Source: the human T2T-CHM13v2.0 reference genome, Homo sapiens. Taken from it: a stretch of DNA of 64,000 nt. The position numbers and the translations under genes were made by a program. The notes below the pieces were generated by a model. The model saw only the letters and a program-made list of their open reading frames with translations, did not search any database and was not told the origin of the DNA. The stretch lies in assembly GCF_009914755.1 (NCBI RefSeq), contig NC_060931.1; one strand, given 5' to 3'. Positions 1 to 13,390 of this stretch are shown here, in pieces (positions within the stretch are counted from its first letter, which is position 1; every line of letters begins with the position of its first letter).

Positions 1-601
1 AACATTTCCTCTTCATTGAGCCTCAGTAAAGCTGCATGAGGAGAATTCTGCACAATTGTTCATACTCTAGCTTAGAAAATGGAGTTGATTAAGTGGAAGG
101 AAACTTTAAAAATGTGACAAAGATGATGAGGTGATTAAGGGGTAGGTTTTAAGTAGCAAGATGTGGGGAATTTAAGATGTATGACTAGTAGCGGTGACAG
201 TGAGGTTTATGATAGCTGCCTATAAATACCCAATTAATTGCCTAATGTGGCAAATGAGAAGAAACAGGCTTTTACCACCAAAAGGGAAACTTGAAGTATA
301 TTAGGGAAACAGTATTTAACAGTAGGGGTGATTTGGCTGCCATGATACGGAGAAATCAGTTGTGTTATTTGGATAAAGACTTGGAAAGGTACTTTTCTTC
401 CTGATAACATCCTGGTGTCAACAGATTATTTTTCTTTAAAAAGGATGCATACATTTTCATATTTCTTAGGAGCAGAGATTGAAAAATAGAGAAAACTATT
501 TAATTTGCTATAATTCAGGTTGCCTGAAGCCTCCAAACATGTTTTCCCCCAAGCTGAATTATAGTAATATCTTTGACGGTAAGAAGCATAAAACAACTCT
601 C

Positions 602-905
602 TTTTTTTTTTTTTGAGACGGAATCTCACTCTGTTGCCCAGGCTGGAGTGCAGTGCACTGGCATGATCTCAGCTCACTGCAACCTATCCCTCCCAGGTTC
701 AAGTTATTCTCCTGCCTCAGCCTCCTGAGTAGCTGGGATTACAGGTGCCCACCGTCATGCCCAGCTAATTTTTGTATTTTTTTTTAGTAGAGATGGGGTT
801 TCACCATGTTGGCGAGGCTGGTCATGAACTCCTGACCTCAGGTGATCCTCCCACCTCTGCCTCCCAAAGTGCTGGGATTACAGGCATGAGCCACCCCTCC
901 CAGCC
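602..905 (-). mobile_element. Full-length Alu SINE (AluS-type)
   Basis: Poly-T at 602-614, then GAGACGGAATCTCACTCTGTTGCCCAGGCTGGAGTG through both arms to CAGCC. AGCATAAAA flanks both sides (585-593, 906-914) as a degraded TSD. Confidence 0.97.
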
Positions 906-1014
906 AGCATAAAAAATTTTATGCATTGTATTATACTGTATGTGGAGCTACACCTGATAGTGTAAGCCACAATAAGGCTAGTTGTAGGGCACACCTGATA
1001 ACACTCGCTAACAC

Positions 1015-1250
1015 TTAGTGAGCCTGAATATGAATTAGGTGCTTTATACAGGAGTATTTAATCAGCACATGGACTCTCGGGGTGTGGCATTAGAATCCTC
1101 ATTTCACAGGTGAGCAAACTGAGCCTCAGATAAATTAAATAGCCCGAGGAAGGTCACATAACTAGAAAGTCACAGAGTCAGAATTTGCATTCACTTCTGA
1201 GTTACTCAGAAATCCATGCCCTTTTATTGCGATGCTCTACTGCCTCCTGA
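1015..1250 (-). mobile_element. MIR SINE relic
   Basis: CCTCATTTCACAGGTGAGCAAACTGAGCCTCAGA...AAGGTCACATAACTAGAAAGT matches the reverse MIR core. Confidence 0.75.
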
Positions 1251-4002
1251 AGGCATTTTTTGATTATCACTTTTATAAACTTTAGGCTTAGTTTATATGA
1301 AGCACTCCTGAGAGTGAAATGGTTCGCTCATGTTTGAGAGTGGGTGGTCACCAGGGGTGTTACTCAGGCTTGACACAGATAATCCTGTGGCATGGCTTCA
1401 GCAAGCAGCTTGCCCAAGGTTGCACAGAGAATGAGATTGGCCAGGCTAGAAGGAAGGGCGGTTGGCTCCAGCTCACCGGGCATTCATATGGTATATGGAG
1501 GAGAACTGCCAGATCTCAGAAACAGCATCCAGATTTGATTATAACTTCTCTTTGTGGTCTTTGAAGCTTTGTGTTATTTCTTCCCTTCACTCGTGGAGTT
1601 AGGATCTATTTTCACATAAACAGAAACGATTCCTCCTTTCTGAGCACTTCATTGTTGGTGGCATTGTGGAATGTCCCAGGAAGGGGGGAATGGGGCCAAT
1701 TAGAAAGGAGAAATTCTTCTTCGGCTTGCGTGTTTATATGAAAATGCCAAAGCCACCAGCTGTTGCAACAGCAGGCCTAGGGTAAAGCTCTTCCCCAACT
1801 GTCCTGCAGCATATATACAGCAGAGGGAGGTCTTTTCAATAGGCTCAATTAGAAAGTGGAAAACAGAAAGCACCCCCACCAAAAAAAAGTGTGGTCCTGT
1901 GTTCTTGAGTTGCACAGCAAACTTTGGAAATAAGCACTTAAGTATACTTTTTATTTCTGCAAGAAGTTCCCAAATATGAGCATGGAAATGACAACTCAAA
2001 TTCCAACCATTCCCTGTTAAATGCCTTACCTCAGCTCACCACTGAGGAGTTTGTTCCTTGAGTAGAGAGAATGTAGATTGAAAAAAATTAATTTCACATT
2101 TCTATTTATGGGACATTTGAGACAAACAGCCCATCAGTGTTACTGTTACCTCATTCACCTTTTTTAGCCATCAGGACTGACTGCTTATGTCTTTTACATT
2201 CATGGGACACATTTCAAATATGAGGAATTCAGTTCCATAGCAGGATTTAAGCAGAGATGATATATATCATCTTATTTGGCTATCTTTATAAGGCTTTCTT
2301 CTTTTCTTCAAAAAAAATATAAATGGTATATTAGTACTGATGGAAAAAACAGACCTGACAGGAAGGTTAAAAAAAAATAAGTGACTTAAACAATTATTCT
2401 GGAATCAATTCAAGAGAGTAGGGTGGAGTAGAGTCTGAAACCAAACAATATAATCCCAAAGATTATATTTGTTAAATGAAGCTTAATTGGGGCTGTTTTA
2501 CTGCATTGAACTGGCTAAGGAGTTTTCCCTGTCAACCTTCCTGATAGAGGTAGTTCCAATCCTATTTCATCCCTCTGCTACCTTGTGTACAAGGTGAGCT
2601 GTCAATTTCTTGGAGAGGAGTAAGATCACAGCTGGGACTCACACACAGTTCTTCCAAGCATGCCACAGGTTGGGGCTTCAGTGTTCTTTCTGTGGTGTGG
2701 AGGCTCCTCTTTCTCTAGTATTCCAATCCTAGAGGTTCTTTGTGCTTATGGTATCTCAAGTTATAATCAGAATGGTATAGTGGGGTTTCATAATCTCCTT
2801 TGCCAGCTTATAGCAGTAGAGTCCCTACATTCTCAGAATGTGTAAGTGACAGCTTATTTCATATTTGGCATTTTAGATTCAATGAGATTTAACAATAGTT
2901 TTTATTAGTTAATTTCTCTTCATTTGTAGTGAATTACAGATAATTTTCTTTCTGATCCTTTTTTCTAAATCTTTAGTTGTGAAATTTTCCAGTAAGACAA
3001 ATACAAACAACTGTCATGTAAATACATTTGGTCTTAAATCAGATTAGAACTGTGGACTCTCCAAACCAGAGGTTCTCATTCCAGTTGAAATACCAAGGTA
3101 TTTTCTATGGAATTGGATTCTCTTCATTTCAAAAAAAGTAAACTAAATAAACAAAAAAAATGGCTTGAAAATGCTTCTTGGTCTCTTTACATTCAAACTC
3201 CTTCCTGGAATCTGAAGAGCCTGATACAAATGCTTTCAGGGACATGCCATTAAAGAAAAAAAAAAAACCCTAAAAACTGTGTTTTTCTCCTGAAATAAAA
3301 AATAAAAAATAAAAAATAACGAACTATTATAAAGTCATCTACTTTAACGATTTGGGTATTCATGGAGCTGAAAGAAAAATGAGCTATTTAGAATAAGAGG
3401 TTTCTAAACCAATATAAATTGCCAATTATGTTCTTCTTTATCTTTTAAGTTTCCTTTGTCCTTATGTAAAGGGTTTAGGAGGTAATAATAAAGACCAAGG
3501 GAAGGTCCATACAGGGGGAAGAAACTGGAATTCATGAGTTAAAAAGAAGTAGAGGAGATACTCATATTTGAGCAGTTTCTGAAGTAGTCTAAATCTTTCA
3601 CCCAGTCAACCAGGGCGCCTTCTCTCAGATGCAGGGAAACCCTCTGACCACAAGGCCCCTTCCTGTTCTTTTCTTGAATATCAAGCATCACCCTCTAAGT
3701 TTTCAGCCATGTATTTTCTTTGGACTACTCTTTTTTACCTTTATTAAATGCTTCACATATATGAAAGGAAATGTCAACATTCAACCTTTCGTGTGAGGTG
3801 GGAAAAGGCAAAAGTTTATTTCGGTGCTCTCCTATTTAAAGACAACAGAACTCTGTTGTAATATAATTTTTTATACTTGAATTCCAATATAATATAGTTG
3901 AAACCATGAAGCCCTCAAAAGTGTAGAAAAAGTGATACATATCATCTATATACAAATCCTGTTGTCAGTCCTGGTATAACTAAATTCAACCTTAAATCTT
4001 TA

Positions 4003-4271
4003 GTTATTTATCTATTTAGAGACAGGGTCTCACACTGTTGTCCCAGCTGGAGTGCAGTGGCGTGATCTCTGCTCGCTGGAACCTCTGCCTCCCGGGTTCA
4101 AGCAATTCTCCCACCTCAGCCTCCTGAGTAGCTGGGATTACAGACACATGCCACCACACCCAGCTAATTTTGTATTTTTAGTAGAGATGAGGTTTCACCA
4201 TGTTGACCAGGCTGGTCTCGAACTCCTGACCTCAGGTGATCCACCTGCCTCGGCCTCCCAAAGTGCTGGGA
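4003..4271 (-). mobile_element. Alu SINE (AluS-type), slightly 5'-truncated
   Basis: Alu body stops at CCCAAAGTGCTGGGA, so the first few tens of nt are missing. TSD AAATCTTTA at 3994-4002 and 4272-4280 indicates truncation at insertion. Confidence 0.95.
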
Positions 4272-7109
4272 AAATCTTTATTTAATATATGGATATTCCT
4301 GTCATTTTTTCTTTGTTCCTGCAAATCTAAATTCCTGCAAATCCTGTCAATTTAGTATTTTTCCTAATAGAAATTGTAAACTTCAATATGTTACTAAGAA
4401 TTAAGCTTTGAAGCAAATAATTTTTTCCTGCCATATTCTCTTAGGGTATGTATAGAGAACTGCTGGAGTATTTGAAAATTAACCAGTAGTCAGTTGTAGA
4501 TTTTAGCAAATACACATATTTTTCATATAAGCAATCCAATCCTATCCTCCTGGCCTATATATGCAGTTTGAGGTGGATATGTGTTCACGTGACATATTTT
4601 GAAATTCCAAGTCAAATACTTTAAGTGTTATACAAATGTAAGTTACTGGTATTATTACTGTGTATGTGACATTTAATTTGCACTATGGGGAATTTAACAA
4701 TATTGGATGAAAGCGATAGCCTGGATATAGTAGTAAAGGCATGAAAACTGGTGCCCACACTTAAGGAGGCCTTATATTGATGATGATGATTACATAACAG
4801 CAATATCTCCACATCTAACCTAAGAAATGTTTAGATATGTACTGTCTGGATTATTTACTTATTACATGCTTTTGAAAATGTTCCAGTGACTTAAGACTTT
4901 TGAATCTATCTTTTGCAAAGGAAGAGAAAAGTCTACTTAAACCACAACACTAAAAACAAGTTGGCTTACAGGAATTGACCCCCTGCATTAAAGAAAAACA
5001 AAAAACATAGGTGGCGTCTTCATAGAATTTTTCTCAAAAGGGTGTAATATTAATTCCTGTAACTTAAAAAAGCCATCTGTATAGAGTTTTGTACCCAAAA
5101 TATATGCCCATAGAATGTAAATCACATGATATAAAAGAAAACTATATGGTATTCCTAAGCCCTAACATTCCCAAACCTATCTGAATGGGGCATTTTTCAA
5201 AATGCTATTGGTCCAAAGGGTCTCTCATGGGACCCAGATCTGATATGAAACCACAGAGGAGAGTGACAGGGTTAGTTGCCTAATTAGGATGGAGCAGCCC
5301 ATGGATGTGAGAACTTGGAACTGGGCAGGCCAACTGGTGTGGGTCAGAGTGGTGGCAGAGGATGGCCTACCTCTGGGCAATGGAAAGAATGCTGACCCAT
5401 CAGGTGGGGCACAGTAACTGGTAAATATGGTGTCAGAAGATTTAGCAAGAGATGAAAAGGTGCCCTGATAGGCAGTGGACAAAACACACAGAGATCGTAG
5501 GTTCAAGAAACATCACAGAATCCTAGCAAATAGGTAAGACAGAGGCTTCAGGTAAATCCTTCTGGATAGCAGGGCCTCAGCCACAAGGCCAGTATTCAAA
5601 AGCAGAATTCAATTCCTGACATTTAAGAAAGAAAAAGCCAAGAACGAGGTGGAATCATTGATTTTCCCATATCCTGGAAGGACACAGTTACCAGAATAGT
5701 TTTAAGGGTGGAACTGAGACCAAGGGAAGAAGGCAGACTTTTCAAAACTTGAACAAAAGGTAGGAATTCATTTCAGGACACATTTGAGCACCATGACTGC
5801 GTCTGAAGACATAGTGAGGACTGGCCATGGGTCATCTGAGCTTGGACCAAGAATGCCCCATACTCCCTCAGGGTCCCAGGCTCTGTAGAAATTGGGGAGG
5901 AGAATTAAAGGGCAGAAAACCAAGCAGCATATTATCCAGATAAGGTTTTCAGCTCAGTCTTGGGCTTCTTCTCCTCCATTCAGCAGGTAAGATTCCATAG
6001 TCAGGGGCCTCAGGCTGCTTCACTACCTATTTCTTAGAACTCTGCACAGCTTTAGTGGAAGAGGCAGTGGCTGCTCAAGGAGGGTTCACAGCAGCAATCT
6101 GCAGGAAGCCTCGGCTGCTTCCTGTGTCCCTGGAAAAGTTCTTGGGAGTTTCCTAGAGTCCTCAATGGCACCATGGACTCTTGTTCTCCATAAAGGATAT
6201 AAGAATGATGTTTCAACTCGCCTTGGCCACTTCGTGGGAGGCACCTTTTGACCAGGAGGCAAGGTCACCCAGGAATCTGTTCAGTGTGTTTAATGCCAAC
6301 AACCCCTAAATGTTTTAAACAGCACCGAGACCCACTCTATCTTTCTATGACCATTTCTAGGTAGAATTATGTTCAACATGACCAATAGCAAACGTTGCTT
6401 CATAAAAGAATACTTGCTGTGAAGATCAGGCTGGATGCTTAAAAACTGAGCCCTATAGGCCGTTCATTTTCTTTCAAATAATGTTGTGTTTGCCATATTG
6501 CAATCCAAATGTTTTCGTATCATGGTTGATGCTTGGTGTCACATTTATAAAACACTTAATTTGTTTATGCCATTCCTTTTTCTTGTAAATACCTAACCAG
6601 ACCTCCAAACACCAGTACCCTGTATTGGAAGGCAGGTGCACACAGAAGTTTGATGGGGAGGCACATGTGAGTGCCACGTTGTTCTTTAGGGAGAGTGCAG
6701 CCTGCAGGGCGAGGCAGCTTGAAATCGTGTCCTGTGCTGAGTGTGTCTATTAGGAGAAGTCTTGACTACAGTGGTGAATGTAGAGAGGGATATTCCTTGA
6801 GAGGGCAGAACTAGGGCTAATAATTAGATGTTAGAGGGAAAGGATTCAAGCTCAAGGCATAGACAAGCTTTCTTACATGGGGAGCAGTAAAAAAAAACAA
6901 GGGGGAGAGTATTGACCTTCCTGGCAAGGAATCGAACATAGCAGTAATAGTAGAGTTAAAAGAAGAGAGTGGATGAGCACTTAGCAGGAATTTTATATTT
7001 AAGTGTAGAGTAGGGAATTGACTTAAGTGGCTTTTAAGGTCAGTGACTGAGTTAGAAGCAAAATTCAAATTTCTCATTTCCTAATCCGGGATTTTTACCT
7101 GATTCCTTG

Positions 7110-7590
7110 AGGTGGTGGCTGAACAATGCCCTCTAAATATGTCATGTCTTAATCCCTGGAACTTGTGAATGCTATCATATATGACAAAAGGAACTTTGCA
7201 GATGCGATTAATTCAAGGATGTTAACTTAATTATCCAGGAGGGCCTCGTGTAATCACCATCATTTTATAAGAGGGACACAGGAGTAGTCAGAATCAGAGG
7301 AGAATATGATGTGATAATGGAAGCAGAGAGCAGAGTGATAAGCTTTGAAGATGGAGAAAGGGGCCACAGGCCAAGAAATGCAGGCCATCACTAGAAACTG
7401 AAAAAGGCAAGGAAATGGATTGTGCCCTAGATCTTCCAAAAGGACTGTAGTTCTGTCAGGGCTTTAGCTTTAGCCTAATGAAACGCATTTCAAACTTCTG
7501 ACCTCCAGAGCTCTACAGAAACAAATGCACGTTGTTTTAAGCCACCAACTTTGTGACGATTTGTAACAATGGCCACAGGAAATGAATACA
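7110..7590 (+). mobile_element. MaLR solo LTR, MLT1D-like
   Basis: TCTTAATCCCTGGAACTTGTGAATG...GGCAAGGAAATGGATT...TTCTGACCTCCAGA...TGTTTTAAGCCAC...GGAAATGAATACA, which are MLT1C/D hallmarks and terminus. Confidence 0.88.
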
Positions 7591-8024
7591 CCTGCCTTTC
7601 TCTAAACTCTATCTTAAATTTTATTTGATCCCTAAACAAGGTAGCCAAGGCCCCAAATGTACACACCAATGCAGGAAGCATAGCTGTCTGACTTCTTTCC
7701 CTCAACACTTAGTTGTTGATTCTTGGATTGAGCCTGTATATTAACTCACTCATTTCTTATAACATTATTTCTCCTTTATTTAAATATGCATTTGATTTTT
7801 ATGCATTTCTAATTAAATCGAATTTTCTTTGCATGACCTGCTAGCCCCTTCATGATTAAGCTTGATACTTTTCCATCTACTTCCTCCCTGAACCCCTGTC
7901 ATGCTGAACTTGTCAAGTTTCTTGAAAACACCATGCTGTTTTGTCTCTGTTATTTTGCATGTATTGTTTCCTCTGTGGTGAGTGGCTTTTATATTATGTT
8001 TTGCCTAGATAACTTCTATTCTGC

Positions 8025-8530
8025 TGCATCAGGATTATCTTTAGCTATAACAGAAACCCCCAAATAGCACAGATTAAAGAGAGGTTAATCCTCTCTCCCA
8101 TGATAGTCTGGAGGCGGGCAGTTCAGCGCTGGTATGACATCTCTGCCCTGGGATGTCTTCAGGAAATCAGGCTCCTTTTAGCTCATTGCTCCACCTTCCC
8201 TGGAAGGTGGTCCTTGTCTTTGCAGTACAAGATGGCATTTCGAGCTTGGGTCATCATATCTATGTTCCAGACAGAGGGTTAGAGGAAAGCACAAAGAGGA
8301 AAAAGGAACAAAGAGCATACCCCAACTATTTCGGGAGAAGGTTCCTGGAAGCTGTCAAATTATACCTATACTCACATATATTAACAAGTACTTAGTCACC
8401 TGCACAGGGGCTGGGAAATGTAGTTTTTATCCTGGTGATGAAGAGTGGCATCTTCCCTACTGGAAAACAGATGCCCTATTTCTATGGAAGAAGAGAAGGG
8501 ATATTAATGGACAACAAACCATATCTGTCA
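8025..8530 (-). mobile_element. Old MaLR LTR, MLT1J/K-like
   Basis: AGTCTGGAGGCGGGCAGTTCAGCGCTGGTATG, CAAGATGGC, GGGGCTGGGAAATGTAGTTTTTAT, ending TCTGTCACA. It interrupts an L2. Confidence 0.7.
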
Positions 8531-8780
8531 CATCATCATTTAACTCAGTTTATATAATTCCTGCTCTAGGAAGACTTTTTCCTAATCCCCAGTGCACTGG
8601 TGTCCCTCCTGTATGCTCCCCACATCCTGTGAATACCTTCACTCACTGTGTCAAATGCCTTTATAACCTTGGAGACAAATTGCTCACTGGACTATGAGCA
8701 ATTTGAGGCAGGAGCTCTGTGATCACTTTATGGCCTAGCACAGTAGCTATTAAAATGTATTTATAGTGAATGAATGAACT
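8531..8780 (+). mobile_element. L2 LINE 3' end (probably continues 7830-8020)
   Basis: GACTATGAGCAATTTGAGGCAGG...GCCTAGCACAGTAG...GTGAATGAATGAA is the typical L2 terminus. Confidence 0.65.
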
Positions 8781-9782
8781 AATTAACCCTGAAAAATTTC
8801 CAGATGCCAATGTCTCTAAAATTTTGAAATATGAGCAGATAATTTAATTTCATGTATACAATATTTTATGCTTTTAAAAGTTTTCTAGAAATTCCCAGGA
8901 AGTTAAGATTGTATATCCAAAAGTATAACAAATGTAGCTGTGTGTGTATGTTTTGTTTCAAAAGTTATAATTCTACACATAGCAAAACATACTTAGATTT
9001 CCCCCCCAACACTCACCCACATCTTTCTCTATAAATACAGTTTAGAAAGGTGTAGTTTAATCTATTAAAATGCAGCAGATTGTGTGTGGATCACAATCTG
9101 TATCGATGTAACCAAATTATATCAGTAACTATAACACTATAGTTATCAAGTAGACTGATAGTCAAATTGAATTATAAAGTCTATCAAGTAACACAATATA
9201 CAATTTATTTTCTAGCATTTTTTTTCTAATGTGCCCCTTTCCTGTAATGTATCTTAACAATGCCATGAGGTTGTCAGTGCTGGAAAGGTAAATACTGTGG
9301 TTCAGAGCAATCCAGGATCGTATAGCACTAAGTTCAAGTGACTGATTTTATCCTTGTAAGATTAATTCAAGATTCGATGGGGGAATAAAAGTGTAATTAT
9401 TATTCATATTATTTTTCAATATGTAGGTCTTCCATTTTTCTTACGGATACTATTTTGATTGTTAACAGATATTTATCATCTACTGAAGAAGTGAAATAAA
9501 TGAGACTTGAAAGGAAATATAATTTTAAAAGACATTCTGGCTCTTAAAAACATGTAATCTAATAGGAAAGAGAGATTATATTGGAAATTGTAATGTATTA
9601 CAGTAGCTATTCACTGAGACTAACTGAATGAATGAGCACATAAATTGGGGAAGTTATTTCTTCAGGGTATTCGATGGAATACTTTTGTGAATTACTCCTT
9701 TATATTTTCCCACTGTCCTCTACCTCAAGAATTGTTAGAGGATAGTTAATTAGCATAGTATTTTTCATCTTGCTCCTTAAAA

Positions 9783-9865
9783 CTAGGGTGACCATATGTT
9801 CCATTTGCCTAGAACTGTCTTGGTGTATGCCTGTTGTCCAAGCATAATTATTAATAGTGCCCCCT
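9783..9865. mobile_element. hAT-Blackjack (MER81/MER94-like) DNA transposon fragment
   Basis: TAGGGTGACCATATGT...TGCCTGTTGTCCAAGCATAATTATTAATAGTGCCCC resembles the family terminus. Confidence 0.55.
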
Positions 9866-10284
9866 CAAGCTCCCTGAAGGAGTAAGCCAGCTTGCAGCCT
9901 GCTCCTCCATCCTCAGCAGGATGAACTTTCCCTTCCTCCTCCCTTCTTCTTCACTTTCCACACCAAAAGTCTGTAGGAGTAGGGGAGAGAGTAACATTCT
10001 CATTGAAAGCTCAGTTTCTGGCTTTGGTTCCCATATTCCTGTTACCACCTGCTGAATATCAGCCCATACGTAAGTCTTGCAGATTGTTTCAAGTTCCTGT
10101 GGTTACAGATAAAAGCCTTTATTCTTTGGAGGAGAACATGCTTCTGGTTAAAAAAAAATAAAAAGACAGAGTTCCATGTTTGAGCTCACAAGCAATTCTT
10201 TAAATAACTATGAGATTTTCCAGCATTCATCGTGATAGACGCTAGATCTCCAGAGCATATCCTTATGTGTCAATTCTTTTGAAA

Positions 10285-10345
<61 letters not shown>

Positions 10346-10360
10346 GGTGTTATCTATCTG

Positions 10361-10422
<62 letters not shown>

Positions 10423-10427
10423 CTATC
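10285..10427. repeat. Compound tetranucleotide microsatellite (TATC)15 TGGTGT (TATC)2 TGC (TATC)15 TC TATC
   Basis: Counted directly: pure blocks at 10285-10344 and 10362-10421, 60 bp each. Confidence 0.98.
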
Positions 10428-10712
10428 ATTTACTTTTGAGACAGGGTCTCACTCTGTTGCCCAGGCTGGAGTGCAGCAGTGCAATCATGGCTCACTGCAG
10501 CCGCAACCTCCCTGGGCTCAAGGGATCCTCCCACCTCAGCCCCCTTAGTATCTGGGACTACAGGTGTACACCACCACAACCAGCTGATTTTTTCAGTAGA
10601 GGCAGAGTTTCACCATGTAGCCCAGGCTGGTCTCGAACTCCTGGGCTCAAGCAATCTGCCCGCCACGGCCTCCCACAGTGCTGAGATTACAGGTGTAAGC
10701 CACTGCACCAGC
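10428..10712 (-). mobile_element. Alu SINE (AluJ-type) whose tail is the TATC microsatellite
   Basis: GAGACAGGGTCTCACTCTG, ATCATGGCTCACTGCAGCC and CTCCTGGGCTCAAG are AluJ diagnostics. TSD TTGAAATAT at 10279-10287 and 10713-10721. Confidence 0.94.
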
Positions 10713-10915
10713 TTGAAATATTTTGTATTCCATGAAATTCTTTATAAAATTACTTTATAAAACAACTTCCTCACTTTCTTAACTAATGTAGATTGAATAA
10801 AATGAAAACTTTTGTTTTTATAATCATTATGAATATTAATTTTTTATAGTAAGTGATTCCTTATGGACTACAGGGGCACATGGAATCATTTGACCTTTTT
10901 ATTAATAATTTTTGA

Positions 10916-11294
<379 letters not shown>

Positions 11295-13239
11295 TAATCT
11301 GCTCTAGGCTCAAAAACAACATCAGCATAGTGATGGGAATTGTGAATAAAATCAATGTACATTTGCTTCAAATGATGAGCAGCTCTCCGATGGGAAAATC
11401 TATGTGATTTGATGACATCACTTTGCCTGCAGAGATACTTTTTTTGCTTGCTTTTTGTCTGAGTTCCAAGTAGTTGAGTTTGTAGAATAGTTGACCTCTA
11501 GATAAGTAAAGTGTTTTTGTCATTCCGTTTGAAAATTAGTGTGGAAAATTAAGGTGTGCACCCCCATGGAGAAAGTTGAGGTCAAGCAATTCATTCCCGA
11601 AGCTGTGCAGTCATAAAGATTCACATGCCGAGCTCAGAACTAGTATTAACCAATCAAATTGCTCCCAGAGGGGTGCTCACTTCCTAGGTTAACTCTTAAA
11701 ACACTCCACATAGCCATTTTAGGCTTCTAAATACTTGTTGAATGGACAGAGAAACAGGAAATCAGAGTGGAAATGGATGCTATAAATCTATTTTCTACAG
11801 AAATGTGTTATGAGGGCAAATACACTACATCAAATTTTAGAATCTCACAATACTTCCGAATTCAACCCAAAGCTTTCCTTTGTTACATTTTTTTCTTTCC
11901 CTAATTTAAGATTCACCAAGATTGTGTAAAGCTTATGATTATTTCCAAGTTTTGGAAATCAGCCTTCTTTCCCTTTTAGAAGAGATTGAATAGCCATCCC
12001 TCTGAAAGTCACAGGGAAGATAGGAAATTCTATTAAATAGATTTAATGTATCTCATGAAAGCCCAGAAGTTATTCTTGCCAAAAGAATGCCTTCAGAAGC
12101 AGCAGGCAAAATGAAAACTGAAATATTTGCTGTAATTTACATAAATGCTCTCTTTTATGTAATTACTGCAAATAAGTATAATGAGATAAATGTGTCTGTT
12201 GCTTTCTCTTTAGAATAGATGTTATTAATTAATCTTGAAAAGTTCCCAGTGTCCCATGAAATTGATCTATAATGTTCTCATTACTCATTGTGGAGATGGG
12301 AGATTGCTGATTGTGTTAATTTTTGCTACATTTTGATTTTTAGATGCTCAAGTAGAATCTGTAGGCCAAAAACACTGTCTTGCCGAAATGCAGTTATAAT
12401 TTCCTAACAGAGTTATTTCTGTTGTTGATACTTGTCTACAGATTATAAAGCCTTGCAAAGACTTACAGATTTTGATTATATGTTGGCTTTTTCCATAAGT
12501 TTCATATTTTCAATTTACCCCAAATACTGTAACTGTGAAATATAACGACTAAGGCATTTTGGCAAATAAAAAAAAAAAAAAACCCACAAATTTGGTGTGA
12601 ACATCAAGAAATAATGGGTCTTGAGTTTTCATGGCCATGTGTACTGTCCCATTAGTAACATTTAGTTGGTAATAAAAAGATAAAAAAGTTAAATAAAATT
12701 ATTCACATCTTTTTAATTGTGAAACAACAGTGACCAAAAAAACCTCTAAATGAGACTGCAATTCTTGTTATTGGAAAATATATGTATTTCACAGTAGCAA
12801 TCTATACTTATTTTTGGAACTGCTTACCATGCTATGGAATTTCAACTGTGGTGTTATTGGGGTTTCTACACAGAAGAGATGCCACATAACAAATGCAAAA
12901 GCTTTTATTTGAGAGTCATTCAGAGTTGCTTGAACATCTCTGAAGGTTTTGAAAGATAAATGTGCTTTACCATCTGTAAACACTAATGTGGCTTACATCA
13001 GAAGGAGGTGGCCTGAAGGGCCCATGCACACTAATGAGCTGTGCCCAAAATGAGTGTGATATCCTTTTTCCAATTACGTACCCTGACTTACAAGTAAATA
13101 TATTTTCCTTCTGCTCTCAACCACTAGCTTATACATACACAAGGTCTTTGGCAGGACATAGAGTCCCAGTTTCTCTACTGGAAAGGCAAATACCTACAAG
13201 CATTCTCAGTTAACAATGCTAAGAGGTATATCTGCAAAC

Positions 13240-13390
13240 TAATAATTAATATGCATTGAGTGCTAACTCTGTCAGATAAGATGCCTAACATACACTGTTT
13301 TAGAAACATTATTTCATCTTGGCAGGTTGATACTATTTTCTGTGTTTTACAGATTAGAAAATTAAGGTTCAGGTCAATTAAAGATGTGGA
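13240..13390 (-). mobile_element. MIR SINE relic
   Basis: GCATTGAGTGCTAACTCTGT...TGTTTTACAGATTAGAAAATTAAGGTTCAG. Confidence 0.6.

Noticed and set aside
200-400. Possible L3/CR1 fragment near the window start
   Set aside because: The similarity is too faint to support by eye.
5397-5410. CTCF-like motif CCATCAGGTGGGGC (weaker ones near 15815 and 52820)
   Set aside because: There are mismatches at core positions, and matches like this are expected by chance in 64 kb without ChIP data.
10267-10548. ORF with periodic (SIYL)n peptide
   Set aside because: It is the translation of the TATC microsatellite running into an antisense Alu.
12829-12974. Minus-strand open frame between TTTACAG and ATG|GTAAGC
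   Set aside because: The peptide is unrecognised, the acceptor is weak, and there is no partner exon or coding-like composition.
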